Shown here one piece after another: positions 48,979-58,572 of a DNA stretch of 64,000 bases. Within the stretch, counting starts at the first letter, position 1. Every line of letters begins with the position of its first letter. This stretch comes from an uncultured Caldisericales bacterium (GTDB taxonomy: Bacteria; Caldisericota; Caldisericia; JAAYUI01): contig CAZTGD010000001.1 in NCBI GenBank assembly GCA_964613055.1, positions 6,977 to 70,976 on the forward strand, read 5' to 3'. The notes beneath the pieces were generated by a model. The model searched no databases. It worked only from the letters and a program-made list of their open reading frames with translations, and had not been told where the DNA came from. The translations under genes were made by a program, and so were the position numbers.

Positions 48979-51900
48979 ACATCCTCCTCGCAAGCCAGTT
49001 CAATGAATTCACTGCTGATTTGTACAGGATTCTCATTCTGTTTTCGAATTCGAATCATGTTTGGTCTGATGGTTGTTCGGTTGCCAAACCTGGAGATAAG
49101 TCTGTCAAGGAAATCCTCTCTTAGTCTTGTTACAGGACCAAAGTGGAAGTTGATCGTTAGATTATCCTCCACTATCTGGGTGATACCCATTCGAGCACCC
49201 ATGACCCTTAGTTTTACCAGTTCAAATAGAGATTCAATCTCTGGTGGTGGGTGACCGAATCGATCCTCCAGCTCCAACTCAATTTTATAGACTTCATCAA
49301 GATTTTTTGATTGGATCATCCGCTGGTAGCAATCAATCCTTAAAGCCTCGTCAGGTATATATCTCTCAGGGATATAACCAGAGATCCTCAGATCAACGTT
49401 ACAATCTGAGTCGCTTTTCCTTGATGGTTTTTGAACAACACCTTTGCGTTCGTCCTCAAGCCTTTTCTTAGCATCATCGAGCATTCGAAGATAGAGGTCG
49501 TATCCAATTGCCGATATATGACCCGATTGTTCTGAACCGAGTATGTTTCCTGCACCCCTTATCTCAAGATCACGCATTGCAAGTTTGAGTCCCGCTCCGA
49601 GTTCTACAAAGTCCTTTATTGCATTGAGTCTCTCTTTGGCCACGCCAGTCAGCGCTTTTTCGTTAGGATAGAGAAAATAGGCATAGGCCCTTCGTTCTGA
49701 CCTTCCAACCCTTCCGCGTAGTTGGTACATCTGTGCCAAACCAAGATTCTGAGCGTTCTCAACGATGAGAGTGCTTGCAGAGGGGATATCCAGCCCTGAT
49801 TCAATGATTGTTGTACACAACAGAATATCGACTTCTCCTCTATAGAAAGCAAGCATGGCATCCTCAAGATCAAGCTCGGACATCCTGCCATGAGCAATCA
49901 TTATCCTAGCTTTTGGTACGAGTTTCTTCAGCTTCCATTCAATGGATGCCAATCCTCGAATCCGGTTGTTTACGTAGTATATCTGACCGCCTCTGGCTAT
50001 CTCTGTTTCTATAGCCTCCTTTACTGTTTTATCCGAGTATGGAAGCACGTAAGTTTTTACAGGCTTTCTTCCTTCAGGTGATGAGTTTATCTGAGAAACC
50101 TCTCGAACGCCATGAAGAGTCATCTCAAGCGTCCTTGGGATCGGTGTTGCTGTGAGGGTTAAGACGTCAATACTCTCTTTCAGAGATTTTATCTTCTCCT
50201 TGGCTTCCACACCAAACCTTTGTTCTTCATCAATGATCAACAATCCAATTATTTTCAACTCAACGTCATTGGACAGTAGTCGATGGGTTCCAATTACCAT
50301 CTCAATAGAACCATCCGCCAAGCCTGCTACTGTCTTGTTTTGGCTCTTCTTGCTTTTTATACGAGAAAGATGATCAACGGTGATTGGAAACGGAGCAAAA
50401 CGTTCTTTAAACGTGTTGAAGTGTTGCATCGCCAGGATCGTGGTTGGAACAAGCATAACGACTTGTTTTCCGCTGACGATTACCTTAAAAGCAGCTCGAA
50501 TGGCAATCTCCGTTTTTCCATACCCAACATCACCGCAGACCAGTCTGTCCATCGGTTGTTTGCTTTCGAGATCTTTTTTTACATCCCTGATTGCTGATAG
50601 CTGGTCTTCAGTTTCTTCGTAAGGAAATGCTGACTCCATCTCCTGTTGCCAGATGCTGTTTCCCTTGTATTGGATGCCCTGCGACAGCTCTCTCTTGGCG
50701 TAGATCTTGAGTAACTTAGCCGCAATATCCTTTGTCCCTCTAGCTACCTTAGCCAGTGTCTCTGGCCATTCTTTCCCTCCAAGACGATTTATTGAGACGG
50801 TCTCTGGATTACCGAGGTATTTATGGACAAGGGTTAGTCTCTCTGGGGGTATGTAAAGCTTATCACCTTTGGAGTATTCAACTTGCAGATACTCCTTGGT
50901 TACTCCTCCAGCTTTGACGGTTTTTAGCCCCTGGTATATACCGATCCCGAAAGTCAAATGAACCAGCAAATCACCTGGGTTAATCTCATCAATCGATGTG
51001 ATTGGTTTTCCACCCTTATACCTTCGAGTAGCTTTTATTTTTCGTCTCCATCCAAACAATTCGTTGTCGGTCAACAGGAGAATCTTTTTTCTTCTATCCT
51101 CAAAACCCTTCTCAAGCGAAATATTGACAAGATCAATGAATGGCTCGATCTCTTCCTTATCCTCTGGGTTCTCAGGTAAGTTGTCCGGTTTTTTAAATTC
51201 GTGATTTAACAGAAGTTCTGCGATCCTTGTGGGTTGTTTAGTGCCAATGACTATCCTGTATCCAGATTTAAGCTTGCTTGTTATATAATCGCTTACATCC
51301 TGAAGCCTGCCGATGAGAGGGTCGGGTTGTGGATGCTGTATACCCAAACGTTTTACCTCTGCCGGAGCCGGAGTCCTGGTGCTGTAGATTGAAATGCTGG
51401 GATTCTGTCTGGTGATATGGGGGAATTCAAGCCTTTCAATGTCGTCAAGTTCCCTTTGCGGGAGCAATTCGCCTCTCTTTAGACCTGTTATGTAAACATC
51501 CTCTGCATCTCTTCTGAATGACCTGTATTTTTCACTCAGCTCGTTTGGATCAATCCAAGCGACGGGAGATGAATCTATATAATCCAATAATCTGGTTGTT
51601 TTGACATTGAAGAAGGGTATGTAGTGCTCAATCCCAGAGAATCTTACTCCATTTTTGATATGTTCTATGTCCGTATTGACCTTAGCTTGCAGTTCAGAGT
51701 CGACCGATCGAACAGTCAGAAGGAACATGTTTATTCTAGAAATCGCACTCTCTATTCGAGTCTTATCAAGGATGATATGTGACGGTGGTAAAATCACCAC
51801 AGAGTCAACATGTTTGGAAGAGAGTTGTGTTGCGATATTGACCTCTCTGATAGTCTCAATAACATCAATATCAAACTCTATTCTGGATGGGTTATCCTGA

Positions 51901-52466
51901 TATGGTGAGAATACATCAATTATACCACCCCTTACTGCCATATCTCCAACCGATTCAACTTGGTGTTGTTGTTTATAACCAAACTCGAGAAGCTTCGTCT
52001 TCAGATTCTCAAGCGAGATGATATCATTTTTAGATAAGAGAATTGAACTCTCTTTGAGTGTTTTAACATCAATCAGGCAATCATACAGAGCTGGTAATGA
52101 TGTTGTCATCACAACAGGTTTTTCTGATTCAAGCAATCTGTACAATGATGATATCTGCCAAGATATGAGGTTGATTGAGCTGGTCGTTTTATCAAGTGGT
52201 ATTGAATCAGAATGTGGGAAGAACAACCTCACAACATCAGTATTGCTGAGTATGCCGTCCATTTCCTGATGAAGTTTTAGAGCTTTCTGCTCATTGGAGC
52301 AAACCACCAGAAGTCTGTTAATCTTTGAGGACATCGAAGCCAGGTTTATGACTAGGTCGCTATCCCTCAGACCATCAATGAATAATCTATGCCTTCTTCC
52401 TTTTGAAAGGGCAAGTATTTCATTTCCTATCTTCTTTGAAGCGAAAAATGGTATATAATCCTTCAT
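48975..52466 (-). CDS. mfd: Transcription-repair coupling factor Mfd
   Basis: 1163 aa. UvrB-homology N-terminus. RNAP-interaction (CarD-like) domain. SF2 helicase motifs GDVGYGKTEIAIRAAF, DEEQRFGV and GRVGRS. TRCF C-domain. Confidence 0.92.
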   Translation of the reverse strand: MKDYIPFFASKKIGNEILALSKGRRHRLFIDGLRDSDLVINLASMSSKINRLLVVCSNEQKALKLHQEMDGILSNTDVVRLFFPHSDSIPLDKTTSSINLISWQISSLYRLLESEKPVVMTTSLPALYDCLIDVKTLKESSILLSKNDIISLENLKTKLLEFGYKQQHQVESVGDMAVRGGIIDVFSPYQDNPSRIEFDIDVIETIREVNIATQLSSKHVDSVVILPPSHIILDKTRIESAISRINMFLLTVRSVDSELQAKVNTDIEHIKNGVRFSGIEHYIPFFNVKTTRLLDYIDSSPVAWIDPNELSEKYRSFRRDAEDVYITGLKRGELLPQRELDDIERLEFPHITRQNPSISIYSTRTPAPAEVKRLGIQHPQPDPLIGRLQDVSDYITSKLKSGYRIVIGTKQPTRIAELLLNHEFKKPDNLPENPEDKEEIEPFIDLVNISLEKGFEDRRKKILLLTDNELFGWRRKIKATRRYKGGKPITSIDEINPGDLLVHLTFGIGIYQGLKTVKAGGVTKEYLQVEYSKGDKLYIPPERLTLVHKYLGNPETVSINRLGGKEWPETLAKVARGTKDIAAKLLKIYAKRELSQGIQYKGNSIWQQEMESAFPYEETEDQLSAIRDVKKDLESKQPMDRLVCGDVGYGKTEIAIRAAFKVIVSGKQVVMLVPTTILAMQHFNTFKERFAPFPITVDHLSRIKSKKSQNKTVAGLADGSIEMVIGTHRLLSNDVELKIIGLLIIDEEQRFGVEAKEKIKSLKESIDVLTLTATPIPRTLEMTLHGVREVSQINSSPEGRKPVKTYVLPYSDKTVKEAIETEIARGGQIYYVNNRIRGLASIEWKLKKLVPKARIMIAHGRMSELDLEDAMLAFYRGEVDILLCTTIIESGLDIPSASTLIVENAQNLGLAQMYQLRGRVGRSERRAYAYFLYPNEKALTGVAKERLNAIKDFVELGAGLKLAMRDLEIRGAGNILGSEQSGHISAIGYDLYLRMLDDAKKRLEDERKGVVQKPSRKSDSDCNVDLRISGYIPERYIPDEALRIDCYQRMIQSKNLDEVYKIELELEDRFGHPPPEIESLFELVKLRVMGARMGITQIVEDNLTINFHFGPVTRLREDFLDRLISRFGNRTTIRPNMIRIRKQNENPVQISSEFIELACEEDV

Positions 52467-52510
52467 ATCAGCCAGCTAGAAATGATAAAACAGTAAAGAG
52501 AGTTAGTCAA

Positions 52511-53320
52511 ATGAGTAAGCGAATCGAGCGAATCAGAGCAGATGAACTGCTAGCGGAAAATCCTTCGGTCAACAGCAGATCAAAAGCAAAGACTCTAATT
52601 ATGGCAGGGGAAGTGAGTTATCAGAAACAGAGGATTATTAAACCGTCACACATGTTACCCAAGGATGCGCAACTAGTTATCAAACAGCCATTAAGGTATG
52701 TTGGAAGAGGAGGTTTTAAACTAGAAAAAGCTTTTGAGTCATTCGATATCTCTCCAAAGGGGTTGGTTGCTGTTGATATCGGGGCCTCCACTGGTGGTTT
52801 CACCGATTGCCTTCTACAGAATGGAGCTATAAAGGTTTATTGTGTTGATGTTGGATATGGTCAACTTGCATCAAAACTTGTTAATGACAACAGCCTTATT
52901 GTTATGGATAGGACCAATGCAAGGCATCTTACTGAAGAGAGTTTCGATGATAGACCGCAGTGTGCAACAGTAGACTGCTCCTTTATTTCAGGGTTTAAGA
53001 TCATTGAACCGTTGAAGAGAATTCTTGTTGAACCTGCCTGGATCGTATGGTTGCTGAAACCTCAGTTTGAAGCTGGTCCTGGTAAAGTGGGAAAGGGTGG
53101 AGTGATCAGAAAGAATAGTATATTGGCTGAAGCTATTAAGAATGCCCTAGTCAGGGTAAATGGAGTTGGTGCTCAAATTCGAAATGTTGTTCAATCACCT
53201 ATTACAGGTTCTGATGGTAACCATGAATTCTTAGTATATTTGGATTTTAGAAGAGAGAATGGATTGTCTATTTTGGATTCTGTTGAACGGATGCTACAGG
53301 GTCTGAGTCTGAAGCAATAA
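52511..53320 (+). CDS. tlyA: TlyA-family rRNA 2'-O-methyltransferase (S4 domain + FtsJ-like MTase)
   Basis: S4-like RADELLAEN...SRSKAKTLIMAGEV. SAM motif AVDIGASTGGFTDCLLQNGA. ATG 52511 chosen so the gene clears the divergent mfd start. The table start is 52403. Confidence 0.8.
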   Translation: MSKRIERIRADELLAENPSVNSRSKAKTLIMAGEVSYQKQRIIKPSHMLPKDAQLVIKQPLRYVGRGGFKLEKAFESFDISPKGLVAVDIGASTGGFTDCLLQNGAIKVYCVDVGYGQLASKLVNDNSLIVMDRTNARHLTEESFDDRPQCATVDCSFISGFKIIEPLKRILVEPAWIVWLLKPQFEAGPGKVGKGGVIRKNSILAEAIKNALVRVNGVGAQIRNVVQSPITGSDGNHEFLVYLDFRRENGLSILDSVERMLQGLSLKQ

Positions 53321-53903
53321 ATCCCGATCTCATAAATTTAGATGGTGGATTTCTTACTGCCCAAGGTATTTGTTTTATGAAACCCAGCATTATTAGCGTA
53401 ATCGCCGTATAAACACCTGCCATAGGAGCACCGGTTGCCCAAACCGAAACCCCAAAACCCCAATACTGAATTACACCGGCAAGGCTGATATATTTCGTTA
53501 TTACTGTGCTTGCTAAAGCGAACGGAGCAATAATAAAAAAATGGAGTGGAGCGATGAAAAACAGAACAGCCATCGAACTGGCCATACCACCTCCACCCTC
53601 AAAGCTTAGAAAAACTGGGAAATCGTGACCGAATACAACCATTATCCCACAGATCGACGTCACCCACATGGGTTGATTTAATATGTAATAAGCAATTGAC
53701 ATCGGTATCAATGCCTTGAGAATGTCCATTGAAAGACAAACAGCTCCAAATATTTTTCCTAACTGTCTTGTAACGTTTGCTGTACCAATCTGCTGACTGC
53801 CCATGTTGCGTATGTCAACACCTGCAAACGCTTTCCCTACAAGGAATCCAGAGGGTATTGAACCAAACAGGTATGACCCAATGAGCAGGATTGGGATAGA
53901 CAT
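53268..53903 (-). CDS. plsY: Glycerol-3-phosphate acyltransferase PlsY
   Basis: About 6 TM helices. N-terminal LLIGSYLFGSIPSGFLVGKAF...MGSQQIGTANVTR matches the PlsY G-S-x-x-x-G-x-x-N region. Its 3' end overlaps the convergent tlyA by 53 nt. Confidence 0.75.
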   Translation of the reverse strand: MSIPILLIGSYLFGSIPSGFLVGKAFAGVDIRNMGSQQIGTANVTRQLGKIFGAVCLSMDILKALIPMSIAYYILNQPMWVTSICGIMVVFGHDFPVFLSFEGGGGMASSMAVLFFIAPLHFFIIAPFALASTVITKYISLAGVIQYWGFGVSVWATGAPMAGVYTAITLIMLGFIKQIPWAVRNPPSKFMRSGFIASDSDPVASVQQNPK

Positions 53904-54212
53904 CTATTCCTCCAATTCCTCCATACTCTCCTCAATAAGCTCCTCGTTGATGTCGTCTAGATCTTCGCTCTCTCCAAGCAGATCCTTATCAATGATTGGT
54001 TTCACTGGACTTGGCTTCTTGTACTCAAAGGTGTATTTGCCTTCCAGAAACTCATCAATCGCTTGCTCTACAGTGAATCGTTGAGAACCAGCAATCAGTT
54101 TTTCTTTTCTTTCTTGGATTTGGGCAACCCTTTTGGCAAGAAACAAAGTAGCCAAATACTTATTTCCATCCATCTTCTCTACAAACTTCTCTATCTTTGC
54201 TCGGTCAATCAT
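53904..54212 (-). CDS. rpoZ: DNA-directed RNA polymerase subunit omega (with acidic C-terminal tail)
   Basis: KYLATLFLAKRVAQIQ matches the RpoZ core helix pattern. Conserved gmk-rpoZ order. Start at ATG 54212 (8-nt overlap with gmk) preferred over 54227. Confidence 0.6.
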   Translation of the reverse strand: MIDRAKIEKFVEKMDGNKYLATLFLAKRVAQIQERKEKLIAGSQRFTVEQAIDEFLEGKYTFEYKKPSPVKPIIDKDLLGESEDLDDINEELIEESMEELEE

Positions 54213-54780
54213 GTGACCTCCTGACACGGCAGTTATGTATTATCTTGGTTACATCATCCACTGCCTGCTCGATATTGTGATTTACTACAGAATAATCATA
54301 AATCAAGGAAAAATCAATCTCATTTTGAGCGTTGTCGAGACGATGTGTAATAGTTTCGGGGTTTTCGTTTTTTCTGTTACTCAGTCTCTTTCTCAATTCG
54401 TCTATTGAGGGAGGTGACAAAAAGATCATAACCGATGAGGGTAGTCTTTTTTTTATCTGTCTTGCTCCCTTTACATCGATGACAAGAAGACAGTCAATGT
54501 TTTCCTTTATTCTTTTTTCAATCGGATCTGCTGGTGTACCGTAACGATTTCCGTGGACACTTGCCCACTCCAAGTATCTGCTTTCAGCAACGCCTTCATT
54601 GAACTCATTTTCGGTTCTGAAGATATAGTCAACACAATTCTCTTCGTTATCCCTTCTTGGTCTTGTTGTCTCGGAGATTGAAACAAAGAGTTCCAAGTTT
54701 TCTTTTAATTGTCTTTCTATCGTGGTTTTACCAACGCCAGATGGTCCAGAGATAATGAAAAGGGTTCCCTTGTTAATCAT
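54205..54780 (-). CDS. gmk: Guanylate kinase
   Basis: TLFIISGPSGVGKTTI P-loop. GMP-binding SISETTRPRR..E..G..Y.F. Confidence 0.9.
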   Translation of the reverse strand: MINKGTLFIISGPSGVGKTTIERQLKENLELFVSISETTRPRRDNEENCVDYIFRTENEFNEGVAESRYLEWASVHGNRYGTPADPIEKRIKENIDCLLVIDVKGARQIKKRLPSSVMIFLSPPSIDELRKRLSNRKNENPETITHRLDNAQNEIDFSLIYDYSVVNHNIEQAVDDVTKIIHNCRVRRSHD

Positions 54781-57365
54781 TTACTCCAAAACCTTTTAAC
54801 TAATTTCCAGGCGTCAACTGAAAGCATTGGGATTATTCCAAGTCCGACAATAATTCCGATGTCCTGAATACGCAATGAAACTGTTTTGAATATATTCGGA
54901 AAGAAGAAAGTTCCAGTAAATAGCATAAAAGATATCCCTATAGCACCGAGTAACTGCGTGTTGTGTAATGGATTCAGTTCAAATGAGGTTTTTTTAAAAG
55001 ATCTGCATGTATAAGCTAAAAGCAATTCAGCAACAACTATTGTTGAGAAAGCGTAGGTTACACCCATTGCATGTCCTGCTTCGCTAGAATTCCCGATGAT
55101 ATAAGAAACAAAAACGACTGCTCCCATTATCAAACCCCTCACGATTGTATCTGTAAGAAATGCTCCAGAGATGAGTTTCTTCCTTGGGTTTCGAGGTTTG
55201 CGAGTCATTATCCCTGCTTCTGCTGGCTCTATACCAAGGGCTAGGGCTGGGAGACTGTCTGTTAGTAGGTTCACCCAGAGAAGCTGAATTGCAAATAGTG
55301 GCAGTTCCAGACCAAAAATAATGGTCAGGAAGATGAGGAATACCTCACCGATGTTTGCACCAAGCATGTACCAGATGAACTTCTTAACATTATCAAAGAT
55401 AACTCGACCTTCAAAGATGGCTTTAACGATCGTTGAGAAACTATCATCAGTAAGAATTAGAGATGCTGAATCCTTTGCCACTTCACAGCCAGTGATTCCC
55501 ATCGACACGCCGATGTCAGCCTTCTTTAGTGCCGGTGCATCGTTTACTCCATCGCCAGTCATTGCAACTACGTTGTTTCTTTGTTGCAGGATATTAACAA
55601 TTCTAAGTTTATGCTCGGGTGCAACTCGGGCAAAAACATTCGTCTTGGGAATCAATTCATCTATTCTGTCGCCTAATCTACTGAAGTCTTTGCCAGTAAC
55701 AGGTTCGTCGTTTTTATCTGCGATACCCAGTTTATGGGCATATATCATGGCTGTTTCCGGGTGGTCACCCGTTACCATTACAGGTCGGATACCTGCGGTC
55801 TTACATCTTCTGACAGCCTCCGGCACGTCTTGTCTTATGGGATCTTTTAGCCCGATGAATCCGACCAGAATCATTTTCTTCTCCTCGACCCTGTCTTTTG
55901 GTTCTGGCTCTGGAGAGTGTTTATAGGCAAATCCCATGGTTCTATAGCCATCATTGGTTATCTGAGATCCCAACTCAATGAGTTTATTTCTCGTTTCATC
56001 ATCAATACTGACGATCTTACCATTCAACAGCAATCTATCCGACATATTGAGTACGACTTCAAATGCACCCTTCGTGTATGCAAAGAGTTTGTCCTTCTCA
56101 CGATGGACAGTGGTCATGGCTTTTCTCTTTGAGTCAAATGAAAGTTCGTCTACCCTTCGTGGAATCATATCCTGGTCGATACCCAGGCTCATTGCAAACT
56201 GAAGCAATGCTATCTCAGTTGGATCGCCGGTAAATTCTCCGTCATCGTTGTACGTTGAGTCATTGCATCCGGCTGATATCTTAGCCATTGGGCCAAGGCT
56301 TTCAGGTCTCTCCTTGTAAAGATCAACAATCTTCATGTCGACAACAGCGCGTTCTGCCTTCATCTTGTTTTCAGTGAGTGTGCCAGTTTTGTCAGTACAG
56401 ATAACCGTTGTTGCTCCGAGTGTTTCAACAGAAGACAGCTTCTTGATGATCGCACCTTTCTTACTCATGCGTGATGTTCCAATCGATAGAACTATCGTTA
56501 CAACCGCTGGCAGACCCTCAGGTATGGCCGCAACAGCCAGTGAAACTGCAAAGATTAGCTGGCGTGTCCAATCACCATACATGTATACGTCTATTCCAAA
56601 AACCAACCCGCATACGACAAGGAATACAATACCAAGCATCAGTCCCAACTGGGCCAGTTGTTTTTCAAGCGGAGTTTTTTCTTTCTTAACACTGGCAAGA
56701 CTGCTGGCAATTTTACCCATAGCCGTGTCCATGCCAGTGGTAACTACTATACCAGTGCCTCTACCTGTGGTCACCATTGTCCCAGAGAAAGCTGAGTTGA
56801 ACCAGTCCCCATATGTAGCATCCTCTTCAACCGATGCATTAATATCCTTCTTCGCGGGTTTTGATTCACCTGTCAAAATGGCTTCGTTGCAAGCCAATCC
56901 GATGGATTCAATCAATCTGATGTCAGCTGGTATGAGATCGCCAGATGCAACAGAAACAACATCACCAGGCACCAGGTCATGTGCGGGAATCTCCTTTGTC
57001 TGTCCGTCTCTGATGACCTTTGCAAGGGGAGCACTCATCTCTCGAAGTGATGCAAGCGCGCCTTCAGCTTTATACTCCTGAACAATTCCCATGATAGCGT
57101 TGATTAAAACGATAATTATGATTGCAATTCCATCTATGAATTCACCGGTAAAGAAGGATGCAACACAAGCAAGGATGAGGATGATTATTAGAGGATTGAC
57201 GAATTGTCCTATGATCATCTGCCATATAGTACTGCCTTCATTTGCATCTATCTTGTTCAAACCATATTTTTCAAGTCTTGAAGATGCCTTGCTGTTAGTC
57301 AGTCCTCTGGCGGATGTTCCGAGTTTATCCAAAACAGCGTCTAAGTTCATTGCATGCCAATTCAT
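54777..57365 (-). CDS. Cation-transporting P-type ATPase (type II, Ca2+-ATPase-like)
   Basis: Phosphorylation site ICTDKTGTLTEN. TGES (TGESKP). MVTGDHPETA. GDGVNDAPALKKADIGVSMG. 10 TM helices. Confidence 0.88.
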   Translation of the reverse strand: MNWHAMNLDAVLDKLGTSARGLTNSKASSRLEKYGLNKIDANEGSTIWQMIIGQFVNPLIIILILACVASFFTGEFIDGIAIIIIVLINAIMGIVQEYKAEGALASLREMSAPLAKVIRDGQTKEIPAHDLVPGDVVSVASGDLIPADIRLIESIGLACNEAILTGESKPAKKDINASVEEDATYGDWFNSAFSGTMVTTGRGTGIVVTTGMDTAMGKIASSLASVKKEKTPLEKQLAQLGLMLGIVFLVVCGLVFGIDVYMYGDWTRQLIFAVSLAVAAIPEGLPAVVTIVLSIGTSRMSKKGAIIKKLSSVETLGATTVICTDKTGTLTENKMKAERAVVDMKIVDLYKERPESLGPMAKISAGCNDSTYNDDGEFTGDPTEIALLQFAMSLGIDQDMIPRRVDELSFDSKRKAMTTVHREKDKLFAYTKGAFEVVLNMSDRLLLNGKIVSIDDETRNKLIELGSQITNDGYRTMGFAYKHSPEPEPKDRVEEKKMILVGFIGLKDPIRQDVPEAVRRCKTAGIRPVMVTGDHPETAMIYAHKLGIADKNDEPVTGKDFSRLGDRIDELIPKTNVFARVAPEHKLRIVNILQQRNNVVAMTGDGVNDAPALKKADIGVSMGITGCEVAKDSASLILTDDSFSTIVKAIFEGRVIFDNVKKFIWYMLGANIGEVFLIFLTIIFGLELPLFAIQLLWVNLLTDSLPALALGIEPAEAGIMTRKPRNPRKKLISGAFLTDTIVRGLIMGAVVFVSYIIGNSSEAGHAMGVTYAFSTIVVAELLLAYTCRSFKKTSFELNPLHNTQLLGAIGISFMLFTGTFFFPNIFKTVSLRIQDIGIIVGLGIIPMLSVDAWKLVKRFWSK

Positions 57366-57383
57366 AAATGAAACTGCTCCTTA

Positions 57384-58541
57384 CTAGTTGTTGTTTAGAA
57401 CCTCTATGGCTCGCTGAACCACAAGGTCTTCTTCTGGGTTGTCTGGGGCTCTTTCGGTCAGGTATGGGTTCGGTGTTATAACAATGTCAGGCATGATACC
57501 ATATCCGTGGACCTGATGTTCGTTGGGTGTAAGGTATTGTTGAATGGATAGCTTGATTGCTGAACCATCGCTCGCCGGGAAAACCTGCTGGACCAATCCC
57601 TTGCCAAAAGTCCTGCTACCAATAATAGTGGCGGCTTCCCTGTCCTGGAGAGCACCAGCTAGAATCTCCGATGCCGAAGCTGACCACCTGTTTGTGAGCA
57701 CTACAAGGTCGTATGGGAATCTTTGCCCAGATGTTCGAATCGTTTTCATGTTGTTATTTTTGTCAACAACGTGTACAAGTGGTCCTTCCTCTAGAAATAA
57801 ACTTCCAATCTTAATGCAGGAATCAAGTAAACCACCCGTGTTACCTCTGAGATCGAGTATAAACTTCTTTGAATCATTGTTAATTGCATTGTTAATAGCA
57901 TTTTCCATCTCGATTGGACTGTCGGGCATAAACGATATGAACTCAATATAGGTTATATTGCCAGGTAGAGTCTCAGAGAACACCGAATCGGCAACTATTC
58001 GGTCACGAGTTATGGTCTTGGTGACCTCTATGCCATCATTGAGGAAAATGATATCAACGTTTGTTCCCTGTGGTCCCTTTATCTTTGTCACTATTAGATC
58101 AAGACTCTCACCGACCACTTCATCGTCATCAACAGCTTTGATGAGCCATCCCTCTTCGACTCCCGACTGTTGAGCGGGTGAGTCTCTAAATACCCTTGTG
58201 CATCTGGCGTATTGCCTGGTATCATCGAGTGAGATCATGACTCCTATTCCAAAGTAAACTCCAGTTGTCGTTTCCTGAAATTGATTGAACTCATCCTTCG
58301 TAAAGAATGTTGACCATGGATCAAGACCACGCAATAGTGCTTTTGCCAGCGTCTCATCATCGAGTTCGGTGAAGTATGATCCAAGCGATGTGCTAACAGC
58401 CTTGTTGAGTCTATCAAATCCATCAATACTGGCTGTGGAACCAAACCCACTATTTATCATTATACCAGCAAACATCCCGCCACCAAAGGCGACGATCACA
58501 ATCGATACGATTAAAAGTGAAAGAAGGCTTTTATTGTTCAT
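57384..58541 (-). CDS. ctpA: Carboxyl-terminal processing protease (peptidase S41)
   Basis: LDLRGNTGGLLDSCIKIGSLFL, TNRWSASASEILAGALQD and RTFGKGLVQ are S41 Ser/Lys dyad regions. Signal anchor. Confidence 0.85.
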   Translation of the reverse strand: MNNKSLLSLLIVSIVIVAFGGGMFAGIMINSGFGSTASIDGFDRLNKAVSTSLGSYFTELDDETLAKALLRGLDPWSTFFTKDEFNQFQETTTGVYFGIGVMISLDDTRQYARCTRVFRDSPAQQSGVEEGWLIKAVDDDEVVGESLDLIVTKIKGPQGTNVDIIFLNDGIEVTKTITRDRIVADSVFSETLPGNITYIEFISFMPDSPIEMENAINNAINNDSKKFILDLRGNTGGLLDSCIKIGSLFLEEGPLVHVVDKNNNMKTIRTSGQRFPYDLVVLTNRWSASASEILAGALQDREAATIIGSRTFGKGLVQQVFPASDGSAIKLSIQQYLTPNEHQVHGYGIMPDIVITPNPYLTERAPDNPEEDLVVQRAIEVLNNN

Positions 58542-58572
58542 GTTAGTATCCTTTCTGATAGGCCTGTGTTAT

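Noticed and set aside
55321-57081. Plus-strand ORFs 55321..55926 and 56335..57081 (201 and 248 aa)
   Set aside because: Antisense shadow ORFs within the P-type ATPase gene, whose frame carries all the diagnostic motifs.
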